Shown one piece after another: positions 56,232 through 64,000 of a stretch of 64,000 bases of DNA; the stretch's first letter is position 1, and every line of letters begins with the position of its first letter. This stretch comes from Eledone cirrhosa (taxonomy: Eukaryota): assembly GCA_964016885.1 (NCBI GenBank), contig OZ024740.1:24614001-24678000 (forward strand), given 5' to 3'. The position numbers and the translations under genes are program-made. The notes under the pieces were generated by a model. It did not search any database. It was not told the DNA's origin and saw only the letters and a list, made by a program, of their open reading frames with translations.

Positions 56232-56285
56232 CATTCACCAGAGGTTTCTTAAAAGCAAAAAAAGTTTCCTTCAATCTTCAGAATG
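56232..56285 (-). ncRNA. Hammerhead-like motif, pLTR copy 1
   Basis: CATT-CTGAAGA-stem II-GAAAC-CTCTG-GTG-AATG; direct repeat of the 54825 motif, 1407 bp away. Confidence 0.6.
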
Positions 56286-56719
56286 AAAAAAAGCCTGGTT
56301 TATCCACATATACATACATATACACACACAAATATACAAATATATACACACATACAGACACGCACACACACATATATATATATATACATATACATATATA
56401 TACAGACATATATACATATATATATATACACATACATACATATACATACATACATACATATATATATATATACATACACAAACATATACGTACACATATA
56501 CATACGTACACATATACATATATACACACAAAAATACATACACATACACATAGGTATGTGAAGGGCAAAACAAAAAGAATATATGGGGGGGGGGAGGCTA
56601 AGAGTAGGTAAAAATATAAGGGGAGGTAGGGGAGAAAACAATTTTTAAATATACAAGAGTACAGAAGGTAGAAGCAGCAAAATAAAAACCGTAGCAAAAG
56701 TAAAGCGCAGAGAAGGAGT

Positions 56720-57158
56720 TCAAGGCGGTTGATTTATCGTAGGAGTGTCAATCCAGTTACAGATCAGATGCGATTTCAGATGAGGACAGCATCTGAAGAT
56801 CTCAGTCTTAGAGTTAAGGCAAGCGGAAGTGTCTCTCAAGTTTAGCAAAATCCTATACTTTTCTGTGGTACACAAAGAACAATTCTTTGTGCCCCTTTGG
56901 TACTCCCTCGAATGGTCTAATATAGACCAATCAATAGAGTACGGGATATTACTATCCTTGAGATCCCATACCTTACTTGCGAGGGCCGTTGATGTTCGTT
57001 TATCTGAGTGTTTAAAAGAAGCGACATGTGAGTAAAATCTGGTTTTAAACCTGTCCTGGGTCATACCGACATATCGCTCGCTTCTGGCTGGCTGGTTGTT
57101 GATAACTGGCGTTATCTTAGCCTCATAAACGACAGATTTTGTGTTACATTTACCCTGA
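56720..57158 (-). pseudogene. 5'-truncated PLE GIY-YIG endonuclease (same type as 53368)
   Basis: QGKCNTKSVVYEAKI..RYVGMTQDRFKTR..H..SF..CSLCTTE..LNSKTE..CPH. Confidence 0.85.
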
Positions 57159-57159
57159 A

Positions 57160-58393
57160 GGAATAACAGATATGCCTTCAGCCTTGATGTAGTCGCTCTC
57201 TACACCTCGGTCCCGGCACTCCCGGCCGTCAATATACTAATGGAACGCGTCCAATCCACCGACCTACACTGCTTCGGGCTCACCACCACTGACATCCACA
57301 AACTCCTATCCATCGTCGTCGACAACACCTACTTCGGATTCCTTGACCAAATATACCAACAAACCTCGGGATTGCCCATGGGATCAAGTATATCAGGTGT
57401 GCTAGCGATCTCCTACATGGACAACCTCGAACGCAAGGCACTCTACGCCTGTCACCCCAACGCCGTAGCCTTCTTCTCAAGATACGTGGACGATATCCTC
57501 ATCCTCACATCTTCCCAAGACACGGCGCCAGAATCTATGAGACGTTCAACAACACGGACGAGAACATTGACTTCAGTGTTGAACACCCCAACGAAGACGG
57601 GTCACTTGCCCTCCTCGACTTCCGAATCAACATCACGGAACAAGGAGGGATCCACTGCAACTTCTACAGAAAGGCAGCCTGCAGGGACCTATTCGTTCAC
57701 TACAAGTCCGCCCTCCCTAACAGTGCCAAAAGAGGATACATCACGAACGAGATCGCGCGAATCAGAAACAGATGCAGCGATCCCGCGAGTGGTGTCACTC
57801 ATACCAAGCGATTCCTCAAGGTGCTGGAGACGAACGGGTACCCTACCTCGATCACAGACAGAATAGGAGACACCAGACGCAAGAGATAGAGAAGCACCCA
57901 AGGCAAGTGCTTCCTTAAAATGCCACACCTGGGCGAGAAAACCACCAACGCTATCCGCAAGGCTATACGGAGGGAGGGCCTCGACATCCACCTGGCCCAC
58001 TCGGGCCCCTCCCTGCGAAGATGCCTCTCCAGGAAACCCGAAAAATCTACTGACGCATGCTCCCCCGGAGACTGCCCGATACGCCATGCTAACTGTTGCC
58101 TACGCACATACGTCGTGTATGAGATAGAATGTGACAGGCGCAACAAATACTACATAGGTAGCACAATTCGACCTTTGCACATCCGGATCAAGGAACAGAC
58201 CAAAACCAGGGCCTCGTCTTTCCGGAAACACATAGACAAATGCGGAAACAAAGACGGAAGGCCCATTGTCACAATTCTAGCGACTGAAAGAAACGTCGGC
58301 ACGTTACGTATCAAGGAAGCGCTTTTTATCAAACGACTGCAACTGCAAATAAACAACCGATCAGAGAGAAGCGAAATGAAATGGCTGGTTTAA
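57160..58393 (+). pseudogene. Penelope/Poseidon-like RT plus GIY-YIG ORF, 5'-truncated, frameshift near 57530
   Basis: FSLDVVALYTSVP, QTSGLPMGSSISGVLA, RYVDDIL, FYRK, then VVYEIEC..YYIGSTIRPLHIRIKE..IKEALFI..IN. Confidence 0.9.
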
Positions 58394-59045
58394 GTTAACA
58401 AGCGATGCAACAACACACAACACACGCACACACACACACACGCAAACGAGACAACTACACACACACACGCACACACACACAGTAGCATTCCACCATACGA
58501 ACATACTACACTGCCAATACAGATGAACAAGGCAACAACACACACACACACACTCAAGCGAGACAACAACACACGCACACACACACACACACAGTAACAT
58601 TTAACAAACAGGCAGAGAATGGACTGACAGCTAGCGCCATCCCACTCCCCCATTCGGCCGCTGACCTCTGTACGACCGACCCCATTTCACGCGCACGCGC
58701 GCTCGGCCGAATACCTCAGATAGTCAAAACAACAAACAGCGAAGGACGCGTTCCGGACTTGTCCGACAGACAACCTTTTCCCCCACCCCGGAAAAATACC
58801 CCAGTTGATGGATGTGAATCCGAAATATATAGGGACTATTAAATCTCTCCCAAGGTAACTCTCTCTTGTGTTGTTATTTTTATTTTTATCCTTTACACTC
58901 TTCCCTTCATTCTACACATCTCACACATGTTATACACACCACGCATCTCAACGTACATCCACTTACATCTCTCTCTCCACCACCGGACCTTGTTACCCGG
59001 AGATTTACCCATTTGCATTGTCGAGGCTTCCAAACGACTTAAAGA
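58394..59045 (+). mobile_element. 3'UTR and pLTR of the 57160 PLE
   Basis: CA-rich then GC-rich segment; degenerate hammerhead-like TTGAT-GGAT gtga ATCC-GAAATATATA at ~58805-58831; ends in (TA)n. Confidence 0.6.
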
Positions 59046-59057
59046 TATATATATATA

Positions 59058-59153
<96 letters not shown>

Positions 59154-59391
59154 ACACATTTATGTTTGTTGGTTCACCACTGGATAGAACTGGTCATTCT
59201 ATATGGTCATTGAAATGTTCATAGTATAATAAACCTTTAAGGAATTACACTAGTTGCAAAATACACTATATATACATTCATATATATATATATATATATA
59301 TAGTAATAATAATAAATTTGAAGACTAAAATCCAAAGATGGCTCGATAAGGATAAATATATATCAAATATATATGAACCGTAGAGCAAATA

Positions 59392-60215
59392 TTTATTAAA
59401 ATAACAGATTAATGTTTAAGCAAAGAATCGCTGCTTTCACCGTTAACGGGATCTTCTGAAACTAACAAAGTCAATCTGTAAACGCAGAAGTGAATATTTC
59501 AAAAAACGTTGCAACCGGAGGAAGACAGGAAGACGATACTTTGGTTCGTGGAAACGTTCCCTGGCAAAGAACGGGAAAAAACGAATATAATACGTCATTA
59601 ATAGGAGCGGTGAAAAACAATTTCACGCAAAGACAAAATCACGTTTATGGTATAAAAGAAGTCGTAGACAAATATTCTATTAGGTGGTTCCTAGAGACGT
59701 TCTCAGGCAATGAACGGAAAAAACAAAGATAATACGTCATATGTGGAGCGGGGAGAACAATTGCACGCAAAGTCAAAACCGCGTAAATGGTATAACTGAA
59801 GTCGTAGACTAAAATTCTAACTAGGAAACCGAATGATTCTCGGCTTCAGAATTAAGAATAAAGCACATAAAATGCAGAGGTAATTGAAATTAAATAAATA
59901 TATACACGCATCCATATACGTGCATACACAAGCATACGCGAAAACACTCGCCAAAGGTATACAAATACACGCACGTACACACACAAAAAAAGAAAAAAAA
60001 GAAAAAGAAGAAAAAAAGAAAATCCACCCACACGCACATACAGAACCCACTCAACGCCTGTACCCGCACGCATTCGAATGTATACACCAAACACACACAA
60101 ACATATATATAAAAATATATATATTAATACATGTGTGTGTGTGTGCGTGTATACATATAATTAAATAAACGTATATAAATAAATAAATACGTATATAACA
60201 AGCGCACACACATAC
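59392..60215 (-). mobile_element. Family C copy (left arm of an inverted pair)
   Basis: Collinear with 52308-53008; hammerhead-like motif at 59413-59463. Confidence 0.75.
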
Positions 60216-60685
60216 TTATGTGTAAAGACACATATGTTCGGAGACTACGTCAACCAAAACACGAGGTACACATATACACACACCCTACATACGTACGAAC
60301 CCGCATACTCATACAGACGCAAAACTCACGTATACACATAACCAAAAGCATATGTACCAGAATATATAATATATACGCCATAACATATACAATCAAATAT
60401 ACGTACGAGGAAGTATACGTACCTTCATAAAATATACAGGTAAAAATACTTACCTATACAAATAAGTAATGGTATAAATATAACATATACTTAGCTACCA
60501 CACCAAGACGTAAAATATCCGCGTATAGTTCGTACTATCCGTTAGGGTATAATGTGGAGCTGTAATACAAGAAAGTTTTGTGCAATTTATGTTTACAAGC
60601 TGAAATTGCCTCAGATTTTTTGTTTAAGATGTGTTCTTTGGCGTAGAGTATTTCCAGATCTCAGCGGCGCAGAGGTCACATGGTC

Positions 60686-61112
60686 TTTTATTAGTCTACG
60701 ACTTCAGTTATACCATTTACGCGGTTTTGTCTTTGCGTACAATTGTTCTCCCCGCTCCACATATGACGTATTATCTTCGTTTTTTCCGTTCATTGCCAGA
60801 GAACGTCTCTATGAACCACCTAAGAGAACATTAGTCTACGACCTCTTTTATACCATAAACGTGGTTCTGTCTTTGCGCGTATTGTTTTTCACCGCTCCTA
60901 TTAATGACGTATTATATTCGTTTTTTCCCGTTCTTTGCCAGGGAACGTTTCCACGAGCCAAAGTATTGTCTTCCTGTCTTCCTCCGGTTGCAACGATTTT
61001 TGAAATATTCACTTCTGCGTTCACAGATTGACTTTGTTAGTTTCAGAAGATCCCGTTAAAAGTGAAAGCAGCGATTCTTTGCTTAAACTTTAACCAGTTA
61101 TTTTAATAAATA
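60686..61112 (+). mobile_element. Family C copy (right arm)
   Basis: Reverse complement of 59392-59815; motif at 61039-61089 followed by AATAAA. Confidence 0.75.
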
Positions 61113-61292
61113 TAATGAATCCATACGTACATATATATATGTGTGCATGTATGTATATATATATACATACTACTGTACGTCTGTATACATATATGTATGT
61201 ACGTGTACATACTTATATTTAAGTAACAGCCGTACTAAGAGTGGGAAATGAAATTTGGTTTCATTTTTTCCGCCTATATATATATATATATA

Positions 61293-61612
61293 TATGAATG
61301 TATATATAGTGTATTTTGCAATACACTATATGCTTAATTAAAAGCATTTTGAAGAACTTACGCTATTGTTTTAAAGTAGCGACAATGTCACTTACTTCAA
61401 TTTTCAGCAAACAGAGTAGATAAGCTGACAGAGCTCTGTTTCGTACTTGTTGGTACTTATAACAGAGCTCTGTCAGCTTATCTCCCCTGTTTGCGGAAAA
61501 TTGAAGTAAGTGACATTGTCGCTACTTTAAAACAATAGCGTAAGGTCTTCAAAATGCTTTTAATTAAGCATACAGTGTATTGCAAAATACACTATATATA
61601 CATTCATATATA
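61293..61612. repeat. Palindrome (~150-bp arms) centred on a hammerhead stem II
   Basis: Minus strand reads GTAC caacaa GTAC-GAAAC-AGAGCTCT-GTC; the right arm begins AACAGAGCTCTGTC. Confidence 0.88.
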
Positions 61613-61620
61613 TATATCGC

Positions 61621-61636
61621 TATTTCAGAGCACCAA

Positions 61637-61679
<43 letters not shown>

Positions 61680-61913
61680 CGAAGGAAATGTGGTAAGGAA
61701 CCAGGTGGACCATAACGCACCAAAGTACTCAATACTTGAGGTAGTAGAGTGGGTAATAGGAACCAGTAAGACCCCGACAGCTGAGCTCAAGCCGTTTCGA
61801 CGGCTAATTCTGGACGTCCAGAATTAGCCGTCGAAACGGCTTGAGCTCAGCTGTCGGGGTCTTACTGGTTCCTATATATATATATATATATATATTAGAA
61901 TTGGTGCTCTGAA

Positions 61914-61920
<7 letters not shown>
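61621..61920. repeat. Nested palindromes
   Basis: Outer IR TATTTCAGAGCACCAATTCTAA / TTAGAATTGGTGCTCTGAAATA. Inner perfect palindrome 61756-61875 centred on GACGTC, containing GAAAC-GGCTTGAGCTCAGCT-GTC. Confidence 0.9.
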
Positions 61921-61945
<25 letters not shown>

Positions 61946-62595
61946 CATATTGTCCCGCCTATAAACCCAGCGTTTAAGAGATTCTTCGTATCACATCCTA
62001 GTTACAAAAATTATTATTCTCAGATAACAATCTTAGTATTTGTTGATCTACACTTTTTCAGGTTAGATCATGTCAGTTGATTGGACATAGTAAATGGCTG
62101 AGGTATTATCTTGTCTGACGATATGTAAATAAAAGTCTAACACAATACCTGCAGCCTTTTTATCACTATTGTCCATCCTATATAATTCTATTATTGTTCA
62201 TTGGATTTCAATATGGATGTTGCTTATTCTGTCGTAATTGTTGTTTAAAATCTATTTTTTAACATTTATTTTCTACTTATATTTTTTATTGTGATCATAT
62301 TTTATTGTGGATCATATTTTCCTCAACCTTTTCTTGCTTCTCCAAGAAGTCTTATTGGGTAGCTCAGAATAAAATGTCTGAGACACTAATATTCTAACCC
62401 ATTCTCTCCGTTATTCCGCAGTTTAAAGGTCGAACTTCATATTTAAGCAGATTTCAAATCAGATTTTCCATTTAGCCATAAATCTATCGAAACTGACTTC
62501 TCCATTCTAAGTGACTTTTGCGGGAAATGAAGAAGTTCACCACTCTAAACTCTATCACTCTCTTAATAATTCTGCATGTGTGTGTGTGTATGTGT

Positions 62596-62723
<128 letters not shown>

Positions 62724-62793
62724 CTCTGTATGTGTGTATTAGTTTGTCTCTCTTAATTGCAAACGCAAACTATTTTTCTGTATCCCTGTCGGA

Positions 62794-62904
<111 letters not shown>

Positions 62905-62973
62905 TATATATATATATATTGTATGTATATATATATATATATGTGTGTGTGTCTGTGTGTATATATAGACTTA

Positions 62974-63046
<73 letters not shown>

Positions 63047-63063
63047 TTATATATATGTATATG

Positions 63064-63112
<49 letters not shown>

Positions 63113-63125
63113 GTACGTATGTGTG

Positions 63126-63170
<45 letters not shown>

Positions 63171-63563
63171 CTGTGTGTCTGTGTGTCTGTGACAGAGAGA
63201 GAGAAAAAAAATGATAGAAATGTGGCGGGCAAGACAAAGAAATAAGAAATAAAGAGAAGAGAGGGGGTAGAGACTGAGAGAAATGTGTGTGTGGAGGGGA
63301 TAGTTAATACATTTAATAAATAAATAACAAAGAGGAAAGAAAAGAAAATATATGAGTCAAAAACAAACATTTAATAAGGCGGCAAAAAACAAAGATGGTT
63401 TTGTAAGAAAACAAAATGTTAAGAAACCAAAAGTCAGATTTTAAAGGTGAAAGTTGGACATTAATCTTTGTATATTTCCAGCCATACGTATAATATACAA
63501 ACACACATACTCTCTCTCTCTCTCTCGCTCTCTCTCTCTCAAAAAACACACTCACACATACAC

Positions 63564-63593
<30 letters not shown>

Positions 63594-63595
<2 letters not shown>

Positions 63596-63706
63596 GTGGC
63601 TGAGTGGTTAGAGAATTGGATTCACAATCTTGAGATTGTGAGTTCGATTCCTGGACCGGGCGATGCGTTATGTCCTTGAGCAAGACACTTTATTTCACGT
63701 TGCTCC
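63594..63706 (+). mobile_element. tRNA-derived SINE, family B (5' part)
   Basis: A box TGGCTGAGTGG, B box GAGTTCGATTCC, then CCTTGAGCAAGACACTTTATTTCACGTTGCTCC. Confidence 0.82.
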
Positions 63707-63841
63707 TTCTACCTGGAGTTGCGACCAATAGATTGTATTAGCAACTGGAAAGACCGACGAAAACATTGTTTCCTCGGTCCGATTTGACGAAAGTCGATCG
63801 AAAAAAAAAATATATATATAGTGAAAATACACACACACACA

Positions 63842-63894
<53 letters not shown>

Positions 63895-64000
63895 AGATGT
63901 ATGTGTATATATATATATATAGTAAAAATACACACACAGATATATATATGTATATATATATATGTATATATATATGTATGTATATATATATATATGTATG

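Noticed and set aside
63594-63670. tRNA gene
   Set aside because: A and B boxes are present but there is no acceptor stem; it continues into a SINE body.

Overview
AT-rich, microsatellite-dense eukaryotic DNA that is almost entirely repeats. The SINE and satellite content suggests an octopus-like cephalopod (inference). No complete host gene is visible; there is one candidate signal-peptide-like first exon. Left part: two Tx1/L1-type retrotransposons abutting (TCTA)n tracts, a 59-bp satellite, R4/Dong and RTE fragments and tRNA-derived SINEs. Middle: a ~13.9 kb 15-bp then 36-bp array with a 3597-bp higher-order duplication, and a 61-bp satellite. Right part (37-62 kb): a dense field of Penelope-like element (PLE) remnants in (TA)n tracts, including GIY-YIG and RT ORFs, pseudo-LTRs, about 20 hammerhead-ribozyme-like motifs from several unrelated families, and about ten long palindromes. 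In several palindromes the symmetry axis lies on the hammerhead stem II and the CUGANGA half is replaced by an inverted copy of the 3' half. All alignments and folds were done by eye; no searches were run.
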